Shown here piece by piece: positions 47,099-56,421 of a DNA stretch of 64,000 bases (positions are counted from its first letter, which is position 1; every line of letters begins with the position of its first letter). A program made the translations under genes and the position numbers. The stretch is from Candidatus Zixiibacteriota bacterium (GTDB lineage Bacteria; Zixibacteria; MSB-5A5; RBG-16-43-9). The DNA lies in contig JALHSU010000194.1 in assembly GCA_022865345.1 (NCBI GenBank), positions 9,249-73,248 on the forward strand. The letters are read 5' to 3'. The notes under the pieces were generated by a model. It was not told the DNA's origin and made no database searches. It was given only the letters and a program-made list of their open reading frames with translations.

Positions 47099-47123
47099 TC
47101 ATTAATTTTTTTATTTAAAATCC

Positions 47124-47153
47124 TTGACAAACCCTGTTTGGATTTTTTAAAAT
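47124..47153 (+). promoter_or_regulatory. sigma70-like promoter TTGACA-N18-TAAAAT for the Mut7-C gene (near-leaderless)
   Basis: -35 at 47124-47129 and -10 at 47148-47153. The ATG is at 47165 with no obvious SD. Confidence 0.5.
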
Positions 47154-47164
47154 AGACTCATATT

Positions 47165-47626
47165 ATGAAATTCATCTGCGATGACAATCTAGGGAAGTTA
47201 GCCAAATGGTTGAGAACCCTGGGGTATGACACCCTTTTCAGCCAGGAGATAGAGGACACCGAGTTAGTTTCAACGGCTTTAAAGGAAGAAAGGATAATCC
47301 TGAGCCGGGACCAGCAGCTTAAACGGTTCAAATCCGCAGAGAAGAATCTTTTCCTCCTCTCTTTGAACCAGCCCCTGGAGCAGTTGAAAGAAGTTCTGAA
47401 AAAGTTCAACCTTAAACCTGAGGAAAAAAATCATTTTACCCGCTGCATTATGTGCAATACCGTATTGGTTCCGGTTCCTAAAAAAGAAGTAGAGAATAAA
47501 GTCCCGCCCTTTGTCTTCAAGACCCAGGAGAAATTCTTTTATTGTTCTAAATGCAATAAGCTCTTTTGGGCAGGAACGCATGTAAAGAATTTGAAGAAGG
47601 AAATAAGCGAACAGGGTATGCTGTAG
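47165..47626 (+). CDS. Mut7-C (DUF82) PIN-like RNase domain protein with C-terminal zinc ribbon
   Basis: N-terminal MKFICDDNLGKLAKWLR...ILSRD matches Mut7-C. C-terminal CIMCN...CSKCNKLFW is a CxxC...CxxC ribbon. Confidence 0.7.
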   Translation: MKFICDDNLGKLAKWLRTLGYDTLFSQEIEDTELVSTALKEERIILSRDQQLKRFKSAEKNLFLLSLNQPLEQLKEVLKKFNLKPEEKNHFTRCIMCNTVLVPVPKKEVENKVPPFVFKTQEKFFYCSKCNKLFWAGTHVKNLKKEISEQGML

Positions 47627-47692
47627 TTGCTCGATTCATCGAGCTTTTTTTATGTTGCGCCTGGCACTTGCCTGATAAATCAGGCAACTACA
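47623..47692. repeat. TIR-family T element, copy 3 (tgtagttgc ... gcaactaca); the Mut7-C stop codon TAG lies inside the left TIR
   Basis: Perfect 9-bp IR. Inner hairpins are gctcgat-tc-atcgagc and gcctgat-aa-atcaggc (a different sequence, same structure as cccaat-aa-attggg in copies 1 and 2). Confidence 0.65.
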
Positions 47693-47727
47693 GTCTCTTG
47701 TCTTGACCTACACTTTTGAGAATGGTA

Positions 47728-47750
47728 AAACAGACATTCCTGTCTGTTCC
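47728..47750. repeat. hairpin family H, copy 2 (aacagACattccTGTctgtt)
   Basis: See 43438-43459. Confidence 0.6.
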
Positions 47751-47778
47751 TGTAGATAAGTGAGACGATTTCAGGTTG

Positions 47779-47864
47779 CGAACTCACCCTGAATCCCTCT
47801 CTTAGAAAGAGAGGGACTAAAGCTCCCCTTCTCTTCCTAAGAGAAGGGTCAGAGGATGAGTTCG
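47779..47864. repeat. Correia-like element P, copy 4 (inverted orientation)
   Basis: cgaactcaccctgaatccc ... ggatgagttcg. Hairpins are ccctctctt-aga-aagagaggg and ccccttctctt-cct-aagagaaggg. It lies between the convergent Mut7-C and GH57 genes. Confidence 0.7.
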
Positions 47865-47983
47865 AGCAAGAACTACTTTCCCCCCCATTCTCCTGTTGGG
47901 TCAGACAAAAATGTCTGACCCACCAATCACCCTCGCCTTACCCCTCCAGTCGAGGAAGGCAATTTGTCCGATGAATCGGGCGA

Positions 47984-50155
47984 CTATCCGAATGGATCCA
48001 TCCTAGACAGAATATCGATTTTTTTGATTATCCTTGCCTGCCAAACCTCTGCGGGATTTAACCTGATTTTCCAGTTCGGAAACAAGACCGTGCTCTGATA
48101 AGTTTTTTCAAAGCCGGATTCAGATAAGGAGACAGTATATAGGGGGAATTGCCAGATACTTGCGGGTTTATCCAGCTTCAGGTCTATCTGGAGACCCAAA
48201 GCTTCATCCCTTATGCCAAAATCCGTGATATTCTCATCTTCTGTCTTTAGATTGAGTTTTCTGTCTTTTTGCTCCAGGCCTTTGACGTAAAAAGTCTTCC
48301 TCCCGTCGTCCGATGATAGCATCCCGAAGTTAAACTCCATCCCAAACCATAACTCCACAACTTCTGAATGATTATTCCTCAATTCATAATTAATCTCAAG
48401 CTCTTTGCTATTACCTTTGAGGGTGATTCTTTTTGTCACACCGATACTTGCCCTCTCATCGTCCACCCACACAAAACCGTTCCGGGAAAGGATTAATTCA
48501 AGAGAACCTTCTTTTTTATTAATCTCATATTCATAAGGCTGATTGATAAAGTCCCCTTGTTCTGGATACTGACACCTGGCGAAATCATCTAAACTCGCAT
48601 TTTTTCCCAGGAAATGGTCGATAAAAGAACCTTTTCTGTACCAGTCATAGGTCAGAAGCTTTTCTAAGCCTTCCTCCTTGACTCCCAGCAGATCGTGAAT
48701 GCTGGCGAATTTTTCAGTCGGGTTGATCTCAGTATTTTTTATCTCGGAGATCTTTCGGTGATACCCTTCCTCGTGTCTGGACAGAATGTTCAAGAGATTA
48801 AAATCCTTAGGTTTGAAATCCAGCTCATACAAGGTTCCGCCAATAAAGGGTGAAAAGTACAAATTGAAAATTGGAGACTCAATTATGACTTCCTCTTTGC
48901 CATCCTTGTCGAAGTCGGTAACCTCATATTCTATCCAGTTCTCGTCTTGATGACACAGTTGATCAGCAAGCTTATCTGCTTTGATCAGATGCTCATAGAT
49001 CGGCTTCCTGAGATTAGAAAGGTATAATCCACCAAAAACCCCGTGCCAGTAAGGGTCATTGCACTGGCTTTTCCAGCACTCATCTCTGATCATGTTAATT
49101 TTATCTCTATCAACATCAGACAAATCCTCCAGCTCTTTGATCTTCTGACTTAAATAGAGCATCCGTTTGTGCATATGATTGGATTCTGGATATTTTGCCA
49201 GGAAATTCCTCCAGAACCCTCCCCGCACGAAAATACCGTATTTATCAAAAAGGTCTTGCTCTTTAAGGACCTTCTCGAAATCCTCAAACTCCTGAAAGGC
49301 TTTGGGCAGAAGCGCCCAGTGCATCATCTCGTAATATGACGCGGTGGGGAGATAGATTCTGCCTAAAGGGGATAGTTCCTTTAAAACCTGGCTGAAATGG
49401 ACCATCTCGATCCAGTCTGAATTCTCTTTTATCTTTTCGAAAAATCTCTCCAGCCACCTGTCCTCGTAACAGTGCTCATAAGTCATGGGCCAGATCCCGA
49501 ATTTCTCACCATCATCTGCATAGACTACCAGTTTATCCCCATCCTCTGTAGCCAGACTTTTGAGATAGTCGATGATCTCTTCTGGCTCTTTGAAAGGAAT
49601 ATAATATCTCAGCTTCTTGCTTATGGGAAATAGAGCCAGGGTAAAGCCTCCCTCCTCAGTTAAATAGTAACCCAAGAGTTTCTCATCCTCTAAACCAGAA
49701 TACTTGAAGTGTGAATCATCCAGGAGCGCAAAATCGACCCCGGCTTTGGCAAAAAATTTCGGCAGGTGAGGCTCCCAAACCCTTTCTGCCACCCACATCC
49801 CTGAGGGTTCGAAGTAGAAATTTTGCCGGATGAAAGAGCTCAGCTTTTCGATCTGACCGGTCTTATCCTCATCCGGGATAGAAGGAAAGATCGGCTCGTA
49901 ATATCCTCCGGTCAAAAGCTCTACCTGTCTGCTTTTCACCAGGATCTTTAGTTTTTCGATTAGTTCCGGATGATTTTTTAGAAACCAGTCGTAAAGTATT
50001 CCGCAGTTGTGTAAGGAGAGCTTGAAGAAGGGGTACTTCTCTAAAAGCCCCAAGAAGGGAGCATAACATCTCTGAAAGGCTTTCTCGAATATATGCTCAA
50101 AATTCCCGATCGGCTGGTGATTGTGAATCCCGAAGGCAAATTTTATTTTCTTCAA
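47984..50155 (-). CDS. glycoside hydrolase family 57 protein (4-alpha-glucanotransferase/alpha-amylase type)
   Basis: GH57 N-terminal signature ...FAFGIHNHQPIGNFEHIFEKA...HNCGILYDW... 723 aa. Confidence 0.75.
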   Translation of the reverse strand: MKKIKFAFGIHNHQPIGNFEHIFEKAFQRCYAPFLGLLEKYPFFKLSLHNCGILYDWFLKNHPELIEKLKILVKSRQVELLTGGYYEPIFPSIPDEDKTGQIEKLSSFIRQNFYFEPSGMWVAERVWEPHLPKFFAKAGVDFALLDDSHFKYSGLEDEKLLGYYLTEEGGFTLALFPISKKLRYYIPFKEPEEIIDYLKSLATEDGDKLVVYADDGEKFGIWPMTYEHCYEDRWLERFFEKIKENSDWIEMVHFSQVLKELSPLGRIYLPTASYYEMMHWALLPKAFQEFEDFEKVLKEQDLFDKYGIFVRGGFWRNFLAKYPESNHMHKRMLYLSQKIKELEDLSDVDRDKINMIRDECWKSQCNDPYWHGVFGGLYLSNLRKPIYEHLIKADKLADQLCHQDENWIEYEVTDFDKDGKEEVIIESPIFNLYFSPFIGGTLYELDFKPKDFNLLNILSRHEEGYHRKISEIKNTEINPTEKFASIHDLLGVKEEGLEKLLTYDWYRKGSFIDHFLGKNASLDDFARCQYPEQGDFINQPYEYEINKKEGSLELILSRNGFVWVDDERASIGVTKRITLKGNSKELEINYELRNNHSEVVELWFGMEFNFGMLSSDDGRKTFYVKGLEQKDRKLNLKTEDENITDFGIRDEALGLQIDLKLDKPASIWQFPLYTVSLSESGFEKTYQSTVLFPNWKIRLNPAEVWQARIIKKIDILSRMDPFG

Positions 50156-51048
50156 AACAGGCTGACTTTTAAATATTTTTTTGGATTCTTTTTGATATCG
50201 GTTACAAGCTCATCCAGATTATTTGTGGTCTTCCTAAGATCGTTATACAGGGTGCTATCATTGACCAGTTTACCGAAAGTCCCTTGGCCGGATTCTATTT
50301 TCTGAGTTAGGTTCTTTAAGGATATTGAAAGAGAGCTTAAAGTAGTGGTGATGGTATCTAACTTAGCCGAAGAAGTGGTGAAATTGTCCACAGAGGACTG
50401 GAGCTTTTCTTTATTTCTCTCCACCAGGACTTTAAGCTCGGATGAGGTATAGGATAGATCAGTTGCCGTCTTTTCGAGTTTGTCCTTATTCCGGTCCAAA
50501 AGGGTTACCAGGTCTGCGGACAATTTTCTCAAATCCTTTATGGTTTCTTTGAACGACTCCTGGGACCATTCGGTTCCAAAAATCCCTTCCAGATGAGCTA
50601 CCAAACGCCTGATCTCATCCAGCATCTGACCTGCCATGCCCATAACCTCCGGTATTCCGGTATCATAGAAACCCTCGACCGGCCTGGAGAGGTCTAAAAG
50701 CTCTGAAGAGTGACCAGGTGATACGTCGATAAACCTTTCACCCATCAACCCGATATTCATCACGGTGAATTTGGCGTCTTTTTTCAATTTCACATCTGTG
50801 GTTAAGTTGAAAGTCACCAGCACATCCCCTCCCGAAAGGATGATGTTTTCCACTGTGCCCTTCTTTACCCCTAAAACTGTTACCGGATCACCTACCCCCA
50901 ATGCTCCCACATTAGGGAAAAGGACTCCATATTTATATCTTTCAACGTTAAACCGGTATTCCTTTATCCAGATAATACCCAGGAAAAGAATAATCGCAGC
51001 AATAGCTACCACAATTCCAACCCTTAACTCTATGGTGCGATTATCCAT
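50152..51048 (-). CDS. mlaD: MlaD/MCE-domain protein with C-terminal coiled coil
   Basis: N-terminal TM, then MCE domain (...LFPNVGALGVGDPVTVLGVKKGTVENI...), then a helical tail. Confidence 0.7.
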   Translation of the reverse strand: MDNRTIELRVGIVVAIAAIILFLGIIWIKEYRFNVERYKYGVLFPNVGALGVGDPVTVLGVKKGTVENIILSGGDVLVTFNLTTDVKLKKDAKFTVMNIGLMGERFIDVSPGHSSELLDLSRPVEGFYDTGIPEVMGMAGQMLDEIRRLVAHLEGIFGTEWSQESFKETIKDLRKLSADLVTLLDRNKDKLEKTATDLSYTSSELKVLVERNKEKLQSSVDNFTTSSAKLDTITTTLSSLSISLKNLTQKIESGQGTFGKLVNDSTLYNDLRKTTNNLDELVTDIKKNPKKYLKVSLF

Positions 51049-51118
51049 AACCCTCTTTATTATAAAGATAAGACCCTAAAACCGTTGGGTAGTCTTTTTA
51101 GATTGTCGCCAATTTCTT

Positions 51119-52087
51119 CTATTCGATATCGCTCTCTAAATATTCATCCACCATTTTTTTTCGAGAGATCTCTGCTGAAAGTCTTTTGGAGAACTCCCTT
51201 GCCGCATCCTGTCCATACACTTTAAGCATATGATTCATCGCTATCACCTCAGAGATCACCGTGATATTTTTCCCGGGAGAAATAGGTATGGTCACCACTG
51301 GTATCTCCACCCCTAAGATGCGGGTGAATCTATCCTCTATCCCCAGTCTTTCGTAATCCAAGTTATCATCCCACAAGACCAGCCTGACTTCCACCTCGAT
51401 CCTTTTCTGAATCCTGATCGCCCTTATCCCGAAAAGTGTTTCCAGGTCTATTATCCCGATCCCCCTGATCTCCATATGATGACCTAAAAGCTCGCTCCCG
51501 GTCCCCACGATTACCTCCGGAGTCTTACGGATAACCTTGACTATATCGTCTGCTACTAAACGATGACCTCTCTCCACCAGGTCCAGCGCGCATTCGCTCT
51601 TCCCTACGCCGCTTTTACCGGTATAGAGTAACCCGACCCCGTACACATCTACCAGGGTCCCGTGAACTGTGGTATTAGGGGCAAAGATGTTATCTAAGTA
51701 AAGGCTTAGCCGGTCGGTCAGTTCAGTGGTGGTAAGCCGGGACTGAAAAACCGGGGTCTTGGTCTGGTTAGCCATCTCCAGAAGCTCTGCAGGTGGATAG
51801 ATATTTTTGGAGATTATAATGCAGGGTATATCAAAATGGAATACCTTTTCCAGAAGTTCTTTTCTTCTATTAGAGTCCAGATTTTGAAGGAAAGACATCT
51901 CGGTCTCACCGATGACCTGGGTCCTCTCGTAGGCAAATCTTTCTGTGTACCCGGAAAGGGCTAAACCCGGTCGGTGGACCTCATTATTTGGAATCTTCTT
52001 CTTAAGCCCGTCCTCGCTGGTCAAAAGGGTAAGCTCTAAGAAGTCCTTTCTCTCCTTGTAAAGTCTTTCTACTGTGATATTTTCCAT
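51119..52087 (-). CDS. hprK: HPr kinase/phosphorylase
   Basis: P-loop GKSGVGKSE in ...GVGLLYTGKSGVGKSECALDL..., and the HprK C-terminal signature. Confidence 0.88.
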   Translation of the reverse strand: MENITVERLYKERKDFLELTLLTSEDGLKKKIPNNEVHRPGLALSGYTERFAYERTQVIGETEMSFLQNLDSNRRKELLEKVFHFDIPCIIISKNIYPPAELLEMANQTKTPVFQSRLTTTELTDRLSLYLDNIFAPNTTVHGTLVDVYGVGLLYTGKSGVGKSECALDLVERGHRLVADDIVKVIRKTPEVIVGTGSELLGHHMEIRGIGIIDLETLFGIRAIRIQKRIEVEVRLVLWDDNLDYERLGIEDRFTRILGVEIPVVTIPISPGKNITVISEVIAMNHMLKVYGQDAAREFSKRLSAEISRKKMVDEYLESDIE

Positions 52088-52097
52088 CTACGTTTTT

Positions 52098-52454
52098 TTA
52101 TAATTCCTCTTCTTCAGTGCCTGAGGATAATTCTGTAGATTCTTTCCCCCTTTTTCTATCCCGAAATTTTCTTTCTTTCAACTTGGATTTATATTTTTTC
52201 AACTGACTTTCCATTTTCTCTAAGGCTCCCTCTATGGAGGTTCGGAAATCGTTCGAGCTGTGCTGGCTGGTAAGGATCGTTCCGTAGACTTTGAGATTCA
52301 ACTCCGCGTTTTTTCTGTACCCCTCCTCCTCCAGGATCAGGTGCGAGTTTATTATGTGATCATAATATCTCTCCAGTCTGTTTATCTCTTTGCTGACAAA
52401 ATCTTTAAGCTCCTGGGTCAACTCGAAATGACGGGCAGTTGTCCTTATCTCCAT
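52098..52454 (-). CDS. hpf: ribosome hibernation-promoting factor (RaiA/HPF family)
   Basis: MEIRTTARHFELTQELKDFV... is the sigma54-modulation-protein family. Confidence 0.85.
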   Translation of the reverse strand: MEIRTTARHFELTQELKDFVSKEINRLERYYDHIINSHLILEEEGYRKNAELNLKVYGTILTSQHSSNDFRTSIEGALEKMESQLKKYKSKLKERKFRDRKRGKESTELSSGTEEEEL

Positions 52455-52534
52455 ATAAGCACTCCTTTCTTTTTCTAACCGGTTAGCCTGATTTTGATTT
52501 TCTTGCAGCCAACAGAAAAGTCGATAAAATTCTT

Positions 52535-53989
52535 TTAGCCTGTATTTTCTGGGGAGGCGGTATCCTCTTCCCTGGTTTTATCTTCGGGTTTAGTTTTATT
52601 GCTGGTCATTCTTTTACGGAAACGAGCCGGAAGAATTTTAAGCTCCTCCCGATATTTGGTTACGGTTCTCCGGGCCAGGTTAATTCCCTTTTCTTTCAGC
52701 CGGCTGTAAATCTCCCGGTCAGATAAAGGTGAGCCCGGATCCTCTTCTTTGATTATCTCCTCCAGTATGCTCTTGATCTGTCGTTTGGAGATCTCCTGGC
52801 CATCCTCCCTGGTCATCCCGGAGTTGAAGAAATACCTTATCTCGTATAGCCCCTGCGGAGTCTGCACGTACTTATCATTGGAGACCCGGGATACAGTAGC
52901 CACGTTCATATTCAGCTTGCTGGCTATGGCCTCCATGATCAGGGGTCTCAAAAACTCAGGACCTGATTCGAAGAAATCCTTCTGTTCCTCGATGATCGCT
53001 CCCATCACATTCACCATGGTGGTGCGGCGCTGGTTTATGGCATTTAGAAGCCAGCGTGCCTGTTCTAATTTACCTTTGACGTAGTCCCTGGCCTCGGGCC
53101 CGGTCGGGCTATTTTTCTTAAGGAGCTGCTTATAGGCTGGATTTACCCTTAGCCTTGGTATGTTTTTATCGTTATGAAAAATCAGGTATTCGTTTCCTAC
53201 TTTTTCCACGATCAGGTCCGGGATTATCGGCAAAGCCCCGCTTACAAACCTCCCCGCGGCTGGCTTGGGGGAAAGTGTTCGAATTAGGTCCATCGCCTTC
53301 TGAACCTCCTCGAACTCCGTGTCTAAAGACTTGGCTAATTGGGAAAGGCTTTTCTTATCCAGCTCATTTAGATGCTGATTCACTATCCGGTAGGCTAAGC
53401 TCTGCTCCAGACCGCGCTCTTTCAACTGAATCAGAAGTGACTCCCTTAAATCCCTTGCACCAACCCCTGGCGGATCGAAACTTTGAATCAATTTAAGTAT
53501 CTTTCTGGTTGTCTCTAAATCGCTCTTCAAGGCTTCGACTATCTCCTCTAGAGAACAGGTAAGGTAGCCGTTTTCATCGATGCAGCCTATTATGTACTCC
53601 CCGATGTTACATTCCTGCTCAGTCAGTTTGTTGAAATGAAGTTGTTCCGTAAGATGTTCATATAAACTTTTCTCTACTACAGTGGGCCTTTCTTTCTTCT
53701 CCTCCTGTTCCTCTTTCTCTTCCCTTCCCCTGAACCTGAATTCGCTTTCCTCTCCCAGGTATTCATTCCAGTCGATCTTCCCTAACTGAGGATCGATTTC
53801 CGACTGTTCTTCAGTTGACGAGGTATCCGGCTCCTCTAATGCCTCCACCTCTTCCAATAGGGGATTAGTGGAAAGCTCCTGTCGTAAGAGCTGCTCTAAC
53901 TTAAGGATAGGCATCTGAAGAAGTCTTAAAGACTGAATCAGCTGAGGGGCTATGGTCTGTCTGAGTTTTACCTGTAATCCTAATTTCAT
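52535..53989 (-). CDS. rpoN: RNA polymerase sigma-54 factor
   Basis: C-terminal RpoN box ARRTVTKYRE, a helix-turn-helix, and an N-terminal Q/L-rich activator-interacting region. Confidence 0.9.
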   Translation of the reverse strand: MKLGLQVKLRQTIAPQLIQSLRLLQMPILKLEQLLRQELSTNPLLEEVEALEEPDTSSTEEQSEIDPQLGKIDWNEYLGEESEFRFRGREEKEEQEEKKERPTVVEKSLYEHLTEQLHFNKLTEQECNIGEYIIGCIDENGYLTCSLEEIVEALKSDLETTRKILKLIQSFDPPGVGARDLRESLLIQLKERGLEQSLAYRIVNQHLNELDKKSLSQLAKSLDTEFEEVQKAMDLIRTLSPKPAAGRFVSGALPIIPDLIVEKVGNEYLIFHNDKNIPRLRVNPAYKQLLKKNSPTGPEARDYVKGKLEQARWLLNAINQRRTTMVNVMGAIIEEQKDFFESGPEFLRPLIMEAIASKLNMNVATVSRVSNDKYVQTPQGLYEIRYFFNSGMTREDGQEISKRQIKSILEEIIKEEDPGSPLSDREIYSRLKEKGINLARRTVTKYREELKILPARFRKRMTSNKTKPEDKTREEDTASPENTG

Positions 53990-54038
53990 ATCTTTTGTCC
54001 GGTTCTCTCCATTATCTTTTATCGGACTAAAACCTATA

Positions 54039-54764
54039 TCAATTTAACCTGAACTTCTCGCCCAGGTAGATCTTCCTGGCTTCCGGGTCTGAAGCTAAGA
54101 ACTCAGAGGTGCCGGATTTTAATATCTCGCCTTCGCTCATTATATAGGCTCTATCAGTTATTGCCAGAGTTTCTCTGACGTTATGGTCAGTGATCAAAAT
54201 TCCCAGTTCCTTCTGTTTCAATCTGAAGATTATTTTCTGGATATCCTCAACTGCAATCGGGTCGATTCCCAAAAACGGTTCATCTAAGAGCATAAACTTC
54301 GGCTCAGTGACTAGGGCACGCGTAATCTCAACTCTTCTCCTTTCCCCGCCTGAAAGGGTATAAGCCTTATTTTTAGCTAAAGAAGCTATATCCAGTTCAT
54401 TTAACAGGCTTTCCAATCTAATCTTACGTTCTTTTTTATCTATTTTTTGCATCTCTAAAATAGCTAAGATATTCTCTTCCACGGTCAGTTTCCTGAAGAT
54501 GGAAGGCTCTTGCGAAAGATACCCTATCCCTTTTTGAGCCCTTTTATACATTGGTAGACCAGTTATATTCTCTGAATCAATTAAGACCTTGCCGGAATTC
54601 GGCTTGATAAAGCCGATGAACATATAGAAGGTAGTAGTCTTGCCAGCCCCATTAGGTCCCAAAAGCCCAACCACTTCACCCTGTTTAACATCAATTGAGA
54701 CCTCATTCACCACCTTCCTTTTCTTGTAGATCTTAACCAGATTCTCCGACCTTAATATCAGCAT
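54039..54764 (-). CDS. lptB: LPS export ABC transporter ATP-binding protein LptB
   Basis: Walker [22 protein letters not shown], and Walker B MLLDEP. Located immediately upstream of rpoN, the conserved lptB position. Start taken at MLILRSENL. Confidence 0.85.
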   Translation of the reverse strand: MLILRSENLVKIYKKRKVVNEVSIDVKQGEVVGLLGPNGAGKTTTFYMFIGFIKPNSGKVLIDSENITGLPMYKRAQKGIGYLSQEPSIFRKLTVEENILAILEMQKIDKKERKIRLESLLNELDIASLAKNKAYTLSGGERRRVEITRALVTEPKFMLLDEPFLGIDPIAVEDIQKIIFRLKQKELGILITDHNVRETLAITDRAYIMSEGEILKSGTSEFLASDPEARKIYLGEKFRLN

Positions 54765-54882
54765 ATTCTTCCTTTGTGTCAAGAACAACTGTGGAAACAA
54801 TTCTGAAGTATAAACCTTCAGGTTTATAAAAACTAATCGGGGTAAAGCTCAAGTCTCAAGACCTTGAGGCTTTACACTCCAG

Positions 54883-55440
54883 TTATCCGTTCCCCTCTTC
54901 TTTAGGCACCTCTTTGATCTTTCCCTTAACCTCTTTTTTGATCCTGAACTGTTTCAGCTCCTGGTCTGCCTCCAAGCCGTAGCCGGTTATCACATCTTTC
55001 CCTTTGGTTATCTTTACAAAATCCTCTGTAGTAACCTTATTTGTCTTAGGGTTCCAGCTTAAACTCTGGGTTTCCAGAATCATCCCCTGGTCGGTTTTAA
55101 CCACCACATTCCCCATCACCATCAGCTCCTGCCTTTTCTCTTTTATCCAGCCAGAATCAGACTGAAGGGTGGAGACGTGTTTTCCGTCCCGGTCGTAAAT
55201 GTGAGCATAAATTCCCTTGCCTCTGGAAAGGTCCTCCTTTTCGTATTTTTCCAGATGCCTGACCTTGATCTCAGCAGACCTTACCCCGTTAACCGTAAAA
55301 AACATTGTGGTATTTTCCACCACCTGGTCCGGAAAAGTGGTGGGTGTCTGGATTTTCCTCTGACTTTCCACTTTACAAGAAAAGATCAAGCTTAACCCTA
55401 TGAGAAATATAAGCGGTATTATTCTTTTGTCCATACACAT
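54883..55440 (-). CDS. lptC: LptC-like LPS export protein (membrane-anchored OstA-like beta-jellyroll)
   Basis: N-terminal TM, about 185 aa, beta-rich with ...GNVVVKTDQGMILETQSLSWNPKTNKVTTED..., and positioned upstream of lptB. Confidence 0.6.
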   Translation of the reverse strand: MCMDKRIIPLIFLIGLSLIFSCKVESQRKIQTPTTFPDQVVENTTMFFTVNGVRSAEIKVRHLEKYEKEDLSRGKGIYAHIYDRDGKHVSTLQSDSGWIKEKRQELMVMGNVVVKTDQGMILETQSLSWNPKTNKVTTEDFVKITKGKDVITGYGLEADQELKQFRIKKEVKGKIKEVPKEEGNG

Positions 55441-55476
55441 CTCTGCACCTATAAGTTACGTTTTATTTTCATTTTT

Positions 55477-56421
55477 TCAAGGGTTATCTGGAGTTCTGAG
55501 CCAGCGTTTGTGCATCCAGACCCATTGATCCGGGTATTCCCTGATTACCTGCTCTAAAAATTCAGTGCATTTCTGGGTAAGATAATAGATATTTTCCTCT
55601 TTTGTCTTCCCGACCAGAGGTTTGATTTCCTTGTGAATCATTATTTTATAATTCCCCTTCTTGGTCTGGATTATCGCCATAGGGACAATTGGCACACCCA
55701 ATTTTAGAGCTAAGATCGCAGGACCGACCGGGGTTCTGGCTTTCCTGCCGAAAAAATCAACGTATATTCCCTTGACCCTGGAGGTGTCTTGATCTATCAA
55801 AACCCCGATCATCCTGCCTGAATTCAACACCTTGATCACCTCTTTGACACTCGCAGTTGAGTAGATATTTTGCACTCCCATCATCTGTCTATTCTTGATC
55901 AAAAGCTCATTCAGCCTGGGATCATAAAGCTCCCTGCCTATGGCTGAGAGTTTATATCCTTGTAAAGAGACGTATGCGGCTAAAAGCTCAAAATTACCTA
56001 TATGGCCTGTAACTCCCATCACTCCTCTCCCCTGAGAGTAGGCTTTCTCAAGATGTTCTATACCTTCGACTTTAGTTATCTTTTGAATCTCCTCCCAGCT
56101 CATCTTCGGTAGCCTGATTGCATCCACAGCATTCCTGCCGAGGCATTCGAACACTTTTAAGGAGATTTTTTTTATAGAGCCCGTGCCAAGATTAGGAAAG
56201 GCTATTTTTAGATTTTGGAGGGTTGTGCTGCGAGATTCAGGGAGAATTAGATAGGCTAATTTGCCCAAACTTCTCCCTATAGAAAGAGAAAGCCTACGGG
56301 GAAGTAAGTTTAAAAAACTAATTAAGATTAATATGAATCTGTAAATTAGCCAATTCTTTAATCTTTTTTTTGATTTTGACCAAGGAATTTTTCCCATTGA
56401 AATCGATTGACTATACCACAC
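55477..56421 (-). CDS. lpxL: lipid A biosynthesis late acyltransferase (LpxL/HtrB family)
   Basis: N-terminal TM. An HX4E/D-type acyltransferase motif lies in ...TGHIGNFELLAAY... Embedded in the Kdo/LPS cluster. Confidence 0.7.
   Translation of the reverse strand: MWYSQSISMGKIPWSKSKKRLKNWLIYRFILILISFLNLLPRRLSLSIGRSLGKLAYLILPESRSTTLQNLKIAFPNLGTGSIKKISLKVFECLGRNAVDAIRLPKMSWEEIQKITKVEGIEHLEKAYSQGRGVMGVTGHIGNFELLAAYVSLQGYKLSAIGRELYDPRLNELLIKNRQMMGVQNIYSTASVKEVIKVLNSGRMIGVLIDQDTSRVKGIYVDFFGRKARTPVGPAILALKLGVPIVPMAIIQTKKGNYKIMIHKEIKPLVGKTKEENIYYLTQKCTEFLEQVIREYPDQWVWMHKRWLRTPDNP

Noticed and set aside
47660-47675. Sigma-54 promoter (TGGCAC...TTGC) at ctggcacttgcctga
   Set aside because: The TTGC follows TGGCAC immediately, with 0-nt spacing instead of the required ~5 nt. 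It is part of the family-T element's inner hairpin.
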